From Candidatus Woesearchaeota archaeon (GTDB lineage Archaea; Nanobdellota; Nanobdellia; Nanobdellales; Nanobdellaceae), in contig CAYXSZ010000035.1 of assembly GCA_964468425.1 (NCBI GenBank), positions 1 to 14,560 on the forward strand: a stretch of DNA of 14,560 bases. The letters run 5' to 3'. Made by a program: the position numbers and the translations under genes. A model generated the notes under the pieces. It was not told the origin of the DNA. It searched no databases and saw only the letters and a program-made list of their open reading frames with translations. This document shows positions 5,681 through 13,528 of this stretch, in pieces. Positions within the stretch are counted from its first letter, which is position 1; every line of letters starts with the position of its first letter.

Positions 5681-7489
5681 ATGTCTAATGAGGTTTATAT
5701 CGATGAGGTTTTCGTTGGCTATGTAGACAATCCTAAAGAATTTGCCGAAAAGATAAGAGAATATAGGAGAAAAGGAAGCTTGCCTAGCTTTATAAACGTT
5801 TATTACGACGAGGACACAAATACAGTACGGATATTTACCCACAAGGGAAGGATTCAGAGACCCTTGATTGTAGTTAAGAACGGAAAACCTCTTTTAACTG
5901 AAAGACATATCGAAAAGCTTAAGAAAGGAGAGCTAAAGTGGTCCGATCTTGAAAAAGAAGGAATAATTGAGTGGTTGGACTCTGGAGAAGAAGAAAACGC
6001 CTATGTAGCGCTCTCTCCAGAGAATCTTACAAAAGATCACACACACCTAGAACTATCTCCTCTAGTAATATTCGGAATTCTTACGTCTTTAGTTCCCTGG
6101 TCGAATCATAATCAGTCTACGAGGCTCAACCGTGGAATGCGTACGCAAAAGCAATCTCACTCGGTGTACGCTTTAAACTTTTGGACGAGATTTGATTCAG
6201 ACATTTCTGTCGCATTTTATCCTCAGGAACCTTTAGTTCGAACTTTTTCGCACGATCTCTTTAAACACGAAGACGTGATCGGACAAAATGTGGTCGTAGC
6301 CGTGATGTCTCAGGAAGGTTATTCAATGGAAGATGCTATTATCATGAACAAAGCGTCGATTGATAGAGGACTTTACAGATCTATGTACTTTAGACCTTAC
6401 GAAATAAGCGAACTGCGATATCCAGGTGGTCTTCAAGATGAAATAAAAATCCCCGAACCGGATGTGATGCATTATAAAGGAAAGTATCGATATAGACACC
6501 TTGAAGATGATGGAATCATCTATCCAGAGGCTGAAGTCGAGGGTGGTGATGTTCTTGTAGGAAGAGTTTCTCCACCGAGATTCATCGGAATAACTTCAGA
6601 AACATTCGCAACTGGTTTAATGAAAAAGGACACATCTTTGACGGTTAGATCCGAGGAAAGGGGTGTCGTGGATACTGTGATAATAACAGAATCTGGAGAG
6701 GGTCATAAGCTCATAAGAATACGCGTAAGAGACCTTCGAGTTCCTGAACTCGGGGATAAATTCTCAGTAAGACATGGTCAAAAAGGAGTTATAGGAATGA
6801 TCGTAGATCCCTCAGATATGCCCTGGACATCTTCCGGAATAGTTCCAGATGTTTTATTTAGTCCTTACGGAATTCCATCAAGAATGACCGCTGGATACAT
6901 TCTTGAAGTCCTTGCAGGAAAGGTAGGAGCTCTTTCCGGAAGATATATCGATGGAACTCCTTGGCTTGGTGAAAAAGAATTCGACTTGCGTCGAGAACTA
7001 TTAAGATTGGGTTTCCGGGAGGATGGAACCGAAACAATGTACAATCCCTTAACGGGAGAGGAGTTCAAAGTTAAAATCTTCGTCGGATCTGTGTATTACC
7101 TTAGATTAAAGTATATGGCTGCAAACAAGCTTCATGCAAGAGCGAGAGGACCCGTTGCCCTTCTAACAAAGCAACCTACTGAAGGTAAAGCTCGAGAAGG
7201 AGGTTTGCGTTATGGAGAGATGGAGAACCAGGTATTAGCTGCTCACGGAGCCTCTCTTCTATTGAGAGAGACCTTTTCGTCTGATGACGCGATTATTTAC
7301 GTCTGCGATCGTTGCGGGGCGATGGCGATCGAAGATGACATCCGAAATAGAGTTTACTGTCCAATCTGTGAAGAATCTGAGAGAATTTCGAAGATCAAAA
7401 CTTCTTATGCCTTTAAGCTATTCTTACAGGAGCTAATTTCGCTTGGAGTTTGGCCAAAGATCAAAACGAAGTTCAAGTTTGAAGAATAA
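5681..7489 (+). CDS. rpoB1: DNA-directed RNA polymerase subunit B' (C-terminal part of split RpoB)
   Basis: The length (602 aa) and N-terminus match the position where split archaeal RpoB proteins begin. Motifs present: GDKFSVRHGQKGV, HARARGPVALLTKQPTEGKAREGGLRYGEME, and a C-terminal zinc ribbon CDRCG...CPIC. Confidence 0.95.
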   Translation: MSNEVYIDEVFVGYVDNPKEFAEKIREYRRKGSLPSFINVYYDEDTNTVRIFTHKGRIQRPLIVVKNGKPLLTERHIEKLKKGELKWSDLEKEGIIEWLDSGEEENAYVALSPENLTKDHTHLELSPLVIFGILTSLVPWSNHNQSTRLNRGMRTQKQSHSVYALNFWTRFDSDISVAFYPQEPLVRTFSHDLFKHEDVIGQNVVVAVMSQEGYSMEDAIIMNKASIDRGLYRSMYFRPYEISELRYPGGLQDEIKIPEPDVMHYKGKYRYRHLEDDGIIYPEAEVEGGDVLVGRVSPPRFIGITSETFATGLMKKDTSLTVRSEERGVVDTVIITESGEGHKLIRIRVRDLRVPELGDKFSVRHGQKGVIGMIVDPSDMPWTSSGIVPDVLFSPYGIPSRMTAGYILEVLAGKVGALSGRYIDGTPWLGEKEFDLRRELLRLGFREDGTETMYNPLTGEEFKVKIFVGSVYYLRLKYMAANKLHARARGPVALLTKQPTEGKAREGGLRYGEMENQVLAAHGASLLLRETFSSDDAIIYVCDRCGAMAIEDDIRNRVYCPICEESERISKIKTSYAFKLFLQELISLGVWPKIKTKFKFEE

Positions 7490-7492
7490 TGG

Positions 7493-7500
7493 CTTATAAA
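7493..7500 (+). promoter_or_regulatory. Possible internal TATA-like box for rpoA1
   Basis: cttataaa lies in the 36-nt rpoB1-rpoA1 spacer, centred about 29 nt upstream of ATG 7526. Confidence 0.3.
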
Positions 7501-7525
7501 CCTTTACTCCAAACTTAAACACAAG

Positions 7526-10141
7526 ATGGAAGTTATTTACAAGAAGATCTCCGGAATTCGCTATTCTCTCCTAAATCCAGAGACTATAAGAAAGCTATCG
7601 GTAGTAAAGGTCATCACTCCGGAGCTCTACGACGACGACGGAATGCCCGTAAAGGGTGGGTTGATGGATCCGAGAATGGGGGTTGTAGATCCTGGGCTTC
7701 GCTGTGAAACTTGTGGAAAGCCTGCTGGAAAATGTCCTGGACACTTTGGACATATAGAGCTCGCTAGACCAATAATACATATAGAGTTTCTTCCCATAAT
7801 CTACGAACTCCTTCAAGCAGTTTGTCACCAATGTAGCAGGCTAAAGCTTTCTGACGCAGAAATAGACAACGCAATAAAACGAATAGAAAAGCTCAAAAAG
7901 GCTGGGAGATGGATGACAGCATACAAATACATTCGAAGAATTGTAATTGCTAAGGCAAAGAAACGAGCAAAGTGTCCTCACTGTAATTACGAAAATCCAA
8001 AGGTCGAGTTTAGAAAACCGTTCAAGTTTTATGCTATAGATAAAGAAGGTAATGAAAGAAGGTTATTTCCGGTTGAAATTCGAGCTATATTCGAAAACAT
8101 TCCCGAAAAAGATGCCTTAGCGCTCGGATTTGATAATGTCAATTCTAGACCGGAATGGATGATTCTTACGGTACTTCCAGTTCCCCCCGTAACCGTAAGA
8201 CCCTCTATTATTCTAGAAACTGGGGAAAGGGCTGAAGACGATTTAACTCATAAACTCATTGACATTGTAAGAGCTAACCAAAGGCTCCAGGAAGCGGTAG
8301 CTACGGGAGCTCCTCAGGTGGTTGTTGAAGATCAATATGATCTATTACAATACCATGTCGCAACGTATTTCAACAATACCATCGCAGGAATTCCAAAAGC
8401 TTATCACCGCTCTGGAAAGCCAATCAAGTCGTTAATCGAAAGGATTTCTGGAAAAGAGGGAAGAATTCGTTATAATCTCCTAGGAAAACGTATAAACTTT
8501 TCAGCTAGAGCTGTTATTTCTCCAGATACAAAGATAAAGATCAATGAGGTGGGAGTTCCTCTTGAAGTTGCGAAAATACTAACAGTTCCTGAGCGAATAA
8601 CTGAGTGGAATTTAGAAAAAATGAAAGAATATGTTTTGAATGGACCAGATAAATATCCAGGAGCAACTTATGTTATTTCTCCGGATGGAAAACGTTTCCA
8701 AATCACTGAAGAAAACAAAGAGTTACTATCTGAGAGAATACAACCTGGTTGGATTGTTGAAAGACACCTTCTCGATGGGGATATAGTCCTGTTCGGAAGA
8801 TATCCTTCGCTCCATAGACTTTCGATTCTTGGACACTATGTTAGGGTACTTCCTGGGAGGACATTCAGAATTCATCCAGCTGCTTGTGCTCCTTACAATG
8901 CTGATTTCGATGGAGATGAAATGAACATTCACGTTCCCCAAACTGAAGAAGCCAGAGCCGAAGCCAAACTTCTCATTTCTCTTGAAAATCACATTATAAC
9001 TCCTAGATATGGTTTAGCAATTATTGGTTGCATACAAGATACAGTTACTGGATTGTATCTTCTTACACAGCAAGAGAAAATACCCTTCAACGAGGCAGCT
9101 GAGCTTGTTTATCAATCGAATCCTTCTGAAACTGAATTAGATCGCTTGGAAAAATTCATTCATCGAGCTAAGAGGGAAAAAAGAGATTATCTCACAGGAA
9201 AAGAAGTATTCTCAGTTTTTCTACCCGAGGATTTGGTCTTCGAAGCAGAAGGTGTTAAGATTGAAAATGGAGAGCTAAAGGAAGGAGTTATTAGTTCTAA
9301 GATGATAAAACCTGAAAAAGGATTGCTAATTAGGTACATTTACGATAAGTACGGTCCAGAGTATACTTTGGAGTGGCTTTATAAAATCTTCTTGCTCGGA
9401 ATCTATTACCAATACTTTACCGGGATCACGGTAGCGCCTTCCGATTGGGATCTTCCCGAGAGTGCGGTTAAAGAAATTAATAAAGTGATGGAAGACGCAG
9501 ATAAGAAGGTTCACGAGCTAATCGAAGCATACAACAAGGGAACTCTTCCAAGAATCCCAGGTAAGTCTCCCAAAGAAGTTTTCGACAATTTAGTCCAGCA
9601 AGAGCTCTCGAAAGCTTTAACCAAAATCGGAGAGATCGTAAAAGACAATGCGCCTTGGTCTGGAACTATGTTAATGGCTACTTCTGGAGCTAGAGGTTCT
9701 ATAAGAGATTTAGCACAAATTATCTCAGCTCTAGGACAGCAAGCGTTCCGTGGAGGACTAATTGAGTTTGGATTCAAGGGAAGGAACCTTACACTCTTCA
9801 AGAAAGGAGATATACATCCGAGAACGAAAGGATGGGTGAGATCTGGTTACAGAAAAGGTCTGGAACCCTACGAAATGTTCTTCCACGCTCTTCCCGGAAG
9901 AGACGCGCTTATGGATTTCGCTATCCGTACAGCTAAATCTGGATATCTTTATAGAAGAATTGCGCACGCGATGTACGAGATCTACGTTCACTCGGATGGA
10001 ACTGTCAGAGACACGACTGGAAGGATCATTCAATTCATTTACGGAGAAGATGGCATGTTTCCACAAAAGACCCACCACGGGGTTTTGGACATCGATGGCA
10101 TAATCAGAGAAACTCTCAAAAAGATAAATAAAAAGAAATAA
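7526..10141 (+). CDS. rpoA1: DNA-directed RNA polymerase subunit A'
   Basis: N-terminal zinc motifs (CETCGK...CPGHFGH; CHQC...CPHC), RINFSARAVISPD, and the catalytic NADFDGDEMN motif. 871 aa is typical for A'. Confidence 0.97.
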   Translation: MEVIYKKISGIRYSLLNPETIRKLSVVKVITPELYDDDGMPVKGGLMDPRMGVVDPGLRCETCGKPAGKCPGHFGHIELARPIIHIEFLPIIYELLQAVCHQCSRLKLSDAEIDNAIKRIEKLKKAGRWMTAYKYIRRIVIAKAKKRAKCPHCNYENPKVEFRKPFKFYAIDKEGNERRLFPVEIRAIFENIPEKDALALGFDNVNSRPEWMILTVLPVPPVTVRPSIILETGERAEDDLTHKLIDIVRANQRLQEAVATGAPQVVVEDQYDLLQYHVATYFNNTIAGIPKAYHRSGKPIKSLIERISGKEGRIRYNLLGKRINFSARAVISPDTKIKINEVGVPLEVAKILTVPERITEWNLEKMKEYVLNGPDKYPGATYVISPDGKRFQITEENKELLSERIQPGWIVERHLLDGDIVLFGRYPSLHRLSILGHYVRVLPGRTFRIHPAACAPYNADFDGDEMNIHVPQTEEARAEAKLLISLENHIITPRYGLAIIGCIQDTVTGLYLLTQQEKIPFNEAAELVYQSNPSETELDRLEKFIHRAKREKRDYLTGKEVFSVFLPEDLVFEAEGVKIENGELKEGVISSKMIKPEKGLLIRYIYDKYGPEYTLEWLYKIFLLGIYYQYFTGITVAPSDWDLPESAVKEINKVMEDADKKVHELIEAYNKGTLPRIPGKSPKEVFDNLVQQELSKALTKIGEIVKDNAPWSGTMLMATSGARGSIRDLAQIISALGQQAFRGGLIEFGFKGRNLTLFKKGDIHPRTKGWVRSGYRKGLEPYEMFFHALPGRDALMDFAIRTAKSGYLYRRIAHAMYEIYVHSDGTVRDTTGRIIQFIYGEDGMFPQKTHHGVLDIDGIIRETLKKINKKK

Positions 10142-10142
10142 G

Positions 10143-11246
10143 ATGGAACTTCCCAAGAAAATTCAACAGGAGCTCGAAGAGAAAACTAAAAAACTTCCAA
10201 AAAAAGTTAAGGATCTGGTCCATCAAGAAGTAAAAAAAGCTTATGAAAAAGCGTTAGCTGATGTTGGTGAAGCTGTTGGATTGGTCGCAGCTCAGTCCCT
10301 AACAGAACCAGCTACTCAATTAATCCTCAGGTCATTTCATTTCGTCGGACTCTCCGAGCTTCAGATATCCCTTAGCCTTCCCAGGTTCATAGAGATCGCC
10401 GATGGGAGAAAGAAAGTAAAAGAGAGATACATGATAATACACTTAAAAGACAAGTATAAAAATGATAAGGAAGTTGCTTACTCCGTAGCTAAGCGAATTC
10501 GCGAAATAACTCTTGGAGACACCTTAAAGGAAATCCAAACAAACATAATCGAACAATCTATAAAGTTGGTTTTCGATACATCTTTTTTGGAGGAGTACGA
10601 TCTTACAGTTGACAAGCTAAAGGATTTGCTAAGCAAGAAGCTCAAGAAAATGAAAGTGGAAGAGGTTGGTGATGATTATATTGTTTTGAAGGCGACAAAG
10701 GAAATGTCTCTAAAAACACTCTACCAATACAAGGAAAAGCTCAAGGATCTCTATATTTGTGGAGTAAGGGGTATAAAAGATGTTGTTGTGAAGCAGGAGG
10801 AAGGAGAGTATATTATTTTCACGAGCGGATCTAACTTAAAAGAAGTCATGAAAATACCGGAAGTGGATTACACTAAAGTTTATTCCAATGATATCCACGA
10901 GGTCGCGAAGGTTCTAGGAATCGAAGCTGCAAGAGAAGTTATTGTCAGAGAAGTCACGAGTATCTATGAGAAGCAAGGTCTTGACATGGATATAAGACAT
11001 ATCCTCCTCTTAGCAGATGTTCTAACTTGGTACGGAGAGTACTTAGGAGTAACTAGATATGGCTTGCAAGCTGAGAAAGGCTCTGCTTTAGCAAGAGCAG
11101 CTTTTGAAACCCCAATTAGACATTTTATAATAGCTTCGCTTCTAGGGGAGGATGATGAGCTAAAGACCGCTATAGAAAGCATAATGTCCAACCAGCCAGT
11201 TCCTTACGGAACGGGACTCTTCAAGGTCCTCTACAAAGAGAAATAG
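10143..11246 (+). CDS. rpoA2: DNA-directed RNA polymerase subunit A''
   Basis: Starts 1 nt after the A' stop. Has the trigger-loop region GEAVGLVAAQSLTEPATQLILRSFHFVG. Size and position are typical of A''. Confidence 0.95.
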   Translation: MELPKKIQQELEEKTKKLPKKVKDLVHQEVKKAYEKALADVGEAVGLVAAQSLTEPATQLILRSFHFVGLSELQISLSLPRFIEIADGRKKVKERYMIIHLKDKYKNDKEVAYSVAKRIREITLGDTLKEIQTNIIEQSIKLVFDTSFLEEYDLTVDKLKDLLSKKLKKMKVEEVGDDYIVLKATKEMSLKTLYQYKEKLKDLYICGVRGIKDVVVKQEEGEYIIFTSGSNLKEVMKIPEVDYTKVYSNDIHEVAKVLGIEAAREVIVREVTSIYEKQGLDMDIRHILLLADVLTWYGEYLGVTRYGLQAEKGSALARAAFETPIRHFIIASLLGEDDELKTAIESIMSNQPVPYGTGLFKVLYKEK

Positions 11247-11273
11247 TTTTTAACTATTATCCCATTTTTTAAA

Positions 11274-11543
11274 ATGGATCCCATTGAGGAGATCAAAATG
11301 ATTATGCTAAACACTCCAGAAAAGCTAGTGATAGGTTCTAAGCGCACCGTGAAGTATCTTAAGCTCGGCAAGGTACAGAAGGTCTTTCTAGCTAAAAACG
11401 CTCCCGAAACGATTAAGGAAGACATAATTTATTATTCCAAGTTAGCCGGGACGGACGTCTCGGAACTTCCAGTAACGAACGAAGAATTGGGGGCTATCCT
11501 AAGAAAGCCTTTTAATGTTGCGGTCGTATCATTAATGAAATAA
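11274..11543 (+). CDS. rpl30e: Ribosomal protein eL30 (L30e)
   Basis: [42 protein letters not shown]...[17 protein letters not shown] matches the L30e/L7Ae-fold pattern. It sits in the conserved position after rpoA''. At 89 aa it is somewhat short. Confidence 0.88.
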   Translation: MDPIEEIKMIMLNTPEKLVIGSKRTVKYLKLGKVQKVFLAKNAPETIKEDIIYYSKLAGTDVSELPVTNEELGAILRKPFNVAVVSLMK

Positions 11544-11971
11544 TGGGGAACGGACTCTTCGCTGCTCGAAATCTGAGGCTCAAGAGAAAGAAGTTCAGGT
11601 GGTCTAAAAAGGAATATAAAAGAAGAGTTCTCCGACTAAAGGAGAAGTACGATCCTCTTGAGGGGGCTCCAATGGCTTCTGGAATAGTTTTAGAAAAAAT
11701 CGCTGTGGAGAAGAGGCAGCCATATTCTGGAATGATCAAGTGTGTCAGAGTTCAACTTAAGAAGAATGGAACGGTTGTTACTGCGTTCGCTCCTGGAGAT
11801 GGTGCTATTAAATGCATTGACGAGCACGATGAAGTGCTAATAGCGGGAATAGGAGGAGCTATGGGAGGTTCTATTGGATGTATTCCAGGAGTGCGTTATA
11901 AAGTGGTTCTCGTCAACGGACAACCACTCGAGCTAATTAGAACAGGTAAGATCGAAAAGGCTAGAAGATAA
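11543..11971 (+). CDS. rps12: Ribosomal protein uS12
   Basis: [26 protein letters not shown]...[10 protein letters not shown]...[39 protein letters not shown]...IPGVRYKVV aligns closely with archaeal S12. The ATG overlaps the L30e stop by 1 nt (TAATG). Confidence 0.95.
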   Translation: MGNGLFAARNLRLKRKKFRWSKKEYKRRVLRLKEKYDPLEGAPMASGIVLEKIAVEKRQPYSGMIKCVRVQLKKNGTVVTAFAPGDGAIKCIDEHDEVLIAGIGGAMGGSIGCIPGVRYKVVLVNGQPLELIRTGKIEKARR

Positions 11972-11973
11972 CA

Positions 11974-11979
11974 TTTTTT
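11974..11979 (+). terminator. T6 tract after rps12
   Basis: tttttt begins 3 nt after the rps12 stop codon. Confidence 0.3.
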
Positions 11980-12003
11980 ACTCTTAAATCGTGGTAAGAT
12001 ATC

Positions 12004-12011
12004 TTTAATAA
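12004..12011 (+). promoter_or_regulatory. TATA-like box for the membrane protein gene
   Basis: tttaataa is centred about 28 nt upstream of ATG 12036. Confidence 0.4.
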
Positions 12012-12035
12012 AGGCTGGAAGACAATATTATTTTT

Positions 12036-12815
12036 ATGGTATTCCTTGATATCGTATTTTGGACACAGATCGCTTACCTGGTAGCAGCGGTAGTGTTAGG
12101 TTTTGTTTTAGGGAGTGCTTTAGGGTATCTAGTAAATAGAGTGCTGGATACAACCGTTGAGCGCTGGCTAGATAAAACGAAAATTGGAAAGGAATTAAGA
12201 AAGATAGGGCTAGACTTTTCTGATACCGTAGGGCTATACACTACAGCGTTTATCTTCGTGCTGTTCATTATCTGGGGTGTAACGCAAGTGAACATCCAGC
12301 ATCCTTGGTGGAAAGCCGTAATTTCAATATGTAACTACACACTAACAGTAGTTCTAGGATTCGCGTTCATCACAGTAGCATTACTCTTCGTGATCTTTCT
12401 ATCAGATTACTTTGGAAGAATGCTTAGAGGATACAACGAGGATGTAGGAGACTTGTTATCGCTTCTACTCTTAGTAGGATTAATTGCTGTGGTGGTTAAA
12501 ATCGCTATGAAGGTTATGGGACTACAGTATACGATCATAGATAATGTAATGAATGGGTTCGTAGCGTTTGCAATTGGTTGGGTTATCGCAGATTTCATAG
12601 TTTCCAAAATTTCCAAGGAATATGAAGGATTCAAGAGTTTTGCCCCTTACGGAAAATACATAATAGTACTGATCTTCCTGCTCGTGGGATTGAACGCCAT
12701 ATTCGCAAAGTATCTTAGCACTTCCATTATTCAAGTACTGGCTTGGGGAGTAGTGGCTCTCTTCGCAGCAGTCTTGCTACCCTTCGTTGTTAAGGCTATA
12801 AGAGAAGTGTATTAA
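12036..12815 (+). CDS. Polytopic integral membrane protein, function unknown (possibly a 'conserved TM helix' repeat protein as seen near MscS-type channels; weak)
   Basis: 259 aa with about 6-7 hydrophobic segments. Two segments share the pattern hydrophobic helix plus amphipathic tail (LGFVLGSALGYLVNRVLDTTVERWL and AFAIGWVIADFIVSKISKEY). It has its own TATA-like box and a downstream T-rich tract. Confidence 0.75.
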   Translation: MVFLDIVFWTQIAYLVAAVVLGFVLGSALGYLVNRVLDTTVERWLDKTKIGKELRKIGLDFSDTVGLYTTAFIFVLFIIWGVTQVNIQHPWWKAVISICNYTLTVVLGFAFITVALLFVIFLSDYFGRMLRGYNEDVGDLLSLLLLVGLIAVVVKIAMKVMGLQYTIIDNVMNGFVAFAIGWVIADFIVSKISKEYEGFKSFAPYGKYIIVLIFLLVGLNAIFAKYLSTSIIQVLAWGVVALFAAVLLPFVVKAIREVY

Positions 12816-12833
12816 TTTTTTCTTTTTTTATTT
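12816..12833 (+). terminator. T-rich terminator candidate after the membrane protein gene
   Basis: ttttttctttttttattt follows the TAA stop at 12813-12815 immediately. Confidence 0.4.
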
Positions 12834-12840
12834 CCAAAGG

Positions 12841-12848
12841 TATAAAAA
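12841..12848 (+). promoter_or_regulatory. TATA-like box for rps7
   Basis: tataaaaa, preceded by aaagg, is centred about 26 nt upstream of ATG 12870. Confidence 0.5.
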
Positions 12849-12869
12849 ACTTTCTAAATAGTCTTGTAT

Positions 12870-13496
12870 ATGGCTAAGGAGAAGGTCCTGCTCGAAAGGA
12901 TTTCAAGAGTAAAGCTCTTAGGTCGCTGGGATTACGATGTCGAAGTAACAGATCCTTCTTTAAAACCATATATTTGCTTGAAACCCATGCTCGTTCCAAA
13001 GACCTGCGGAAGGTATCAAAAAGAAAGAATGGGTAGAAAGGACATTCCAATAGTTGAAAGACTGATTGGAAAGATGATGGTACCTGGTCATCTTGGAAAG
13101 AAACACAAATACACTTCTTATCCTGCTTCTGGAGCTTACTACAAAAATCTCTGTATAGTGATCAAAGCTTTTGAGTTAATAGAAAAGAAAACGAAGCAGA
13201 ACCCTCTTCAGGTTCTTGTTCGAGCAATTGAAAATGCTGCTCCAAGAGAAGAGATCACGACTTTCGAGGCTGGAGGTTCTAGCTATCCCAAAGCTACCGA
13301 TATATCTCCACTTAGGAGAGTCGATCTCGCTCTTAGATTTATAGTTTGGGGTGCGTATCACAGGTCAAGAAATACTCCGAAGAAAATGTACGAAGCTCTC
13401 GCGGAAGAATTGATCAACGCTGCAAACAACGATACGAACTCCTTCGCTATTCAAAAGAAGTTAGAAATCGAAAGAATAGCAGCGTCCTCCAGATAA
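12870..13496 (+). CDS. rps7: Ribosomal protein uS7
   Basis: LLGRWDYDVEVTDPSLKPYI..., NPLQVLVRAIENAAPREEIT and the C-terminal AIQKKLEIERIAASSR are typical of archaeal S7. ATG 12870 is preferred over the TTG at 12864 from the ORF track because a TATA-like box is centred about 26 nt upstream. Confidence 0.93.
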   Translation: MAKEKVLLERISRVKLLGRWDYDVEVTDPSLKPYICLKPMLVPKTCGRYQKERMGRKDIPIVERLIGKMMVPGHLGKKHKYTSYPASGAYYKNLCIVIKAFELIEKKTKQNPLQVLVRAIENAAPREEITTFEAGGSSYPKATDISPLRRVDLALRFIVWGAYHRSRNTPKKMYEALAEELINAANNDTNSFAIQKKLEIERIAASSR

Positions 13497-13497
13497 C

Positions 13498-13509
13498 TTT
13501 TATTTTTAA
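13498..13509 (+). promoter_or_regulatory. TATA-like, T/A-rich element for amrB
   Basis: ttttatttttaa is centred about 26 nt upstream of ATG 13529. It may also act as the T-rich terminator of rps7. Confidence 0.35.
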
Positions 13510-13528
13510 CAAAAAACTATTTTCTTTA

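Noticed and set aside
5597-5842. 81-aa - strand ORF spanning the rpoB1 promoter and 5' end
   Set aside because: It overlaps the well-supported rpoB1 start, and its translation is basic and hydrophobic with no motif. It is likely spurious.
7595-10156. Several - strand ORFs inside rpoA1 (7595-7831, 8726-8992, 9326-9514, 9511-9801, 9758-10156)
   Set aside because: They are antisense to a gene with unambiguous RNAP A' motifs and have no independent signals.
10293-10346. Variant trigger-loop sequence in RpoA'' (LTEPATQLILRSFHFVG versus the usual IGEPGTQMTLxTFHxAG)
   Set aside because: The key Leu and His are retained, and EPATQ also occurs in eukaryotic Rpb1 as I recall. The deviation is modest and not worth a separate claim.
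10669-10675. C-box-like gtgatga, with similar motifs at 11151-11157 (+) and 12367-12373 (- strand)
   Set aside because: No matching D box (ctga) or terminal stem lies at the appropriate 50-70 nt distance, and all are inside coding regions. There is no support for C/D box sRNAs.
12864-12869. TTG start for rps7 given by the ORF track
   Set aside because: The ATG two codons downstream sits at the position predicted by the TATA-like box, and the MAKEK N-terminus is more plausible.
13346-13528. 61-codon N-terminal extension of the Memo-like ORF
   Set aside because: It overlaps the rps7 3' end in another frame, starts with TTG, and its sequence is unrelated to the Memo family. Family similarity begins at MRQPVALGFYPP.
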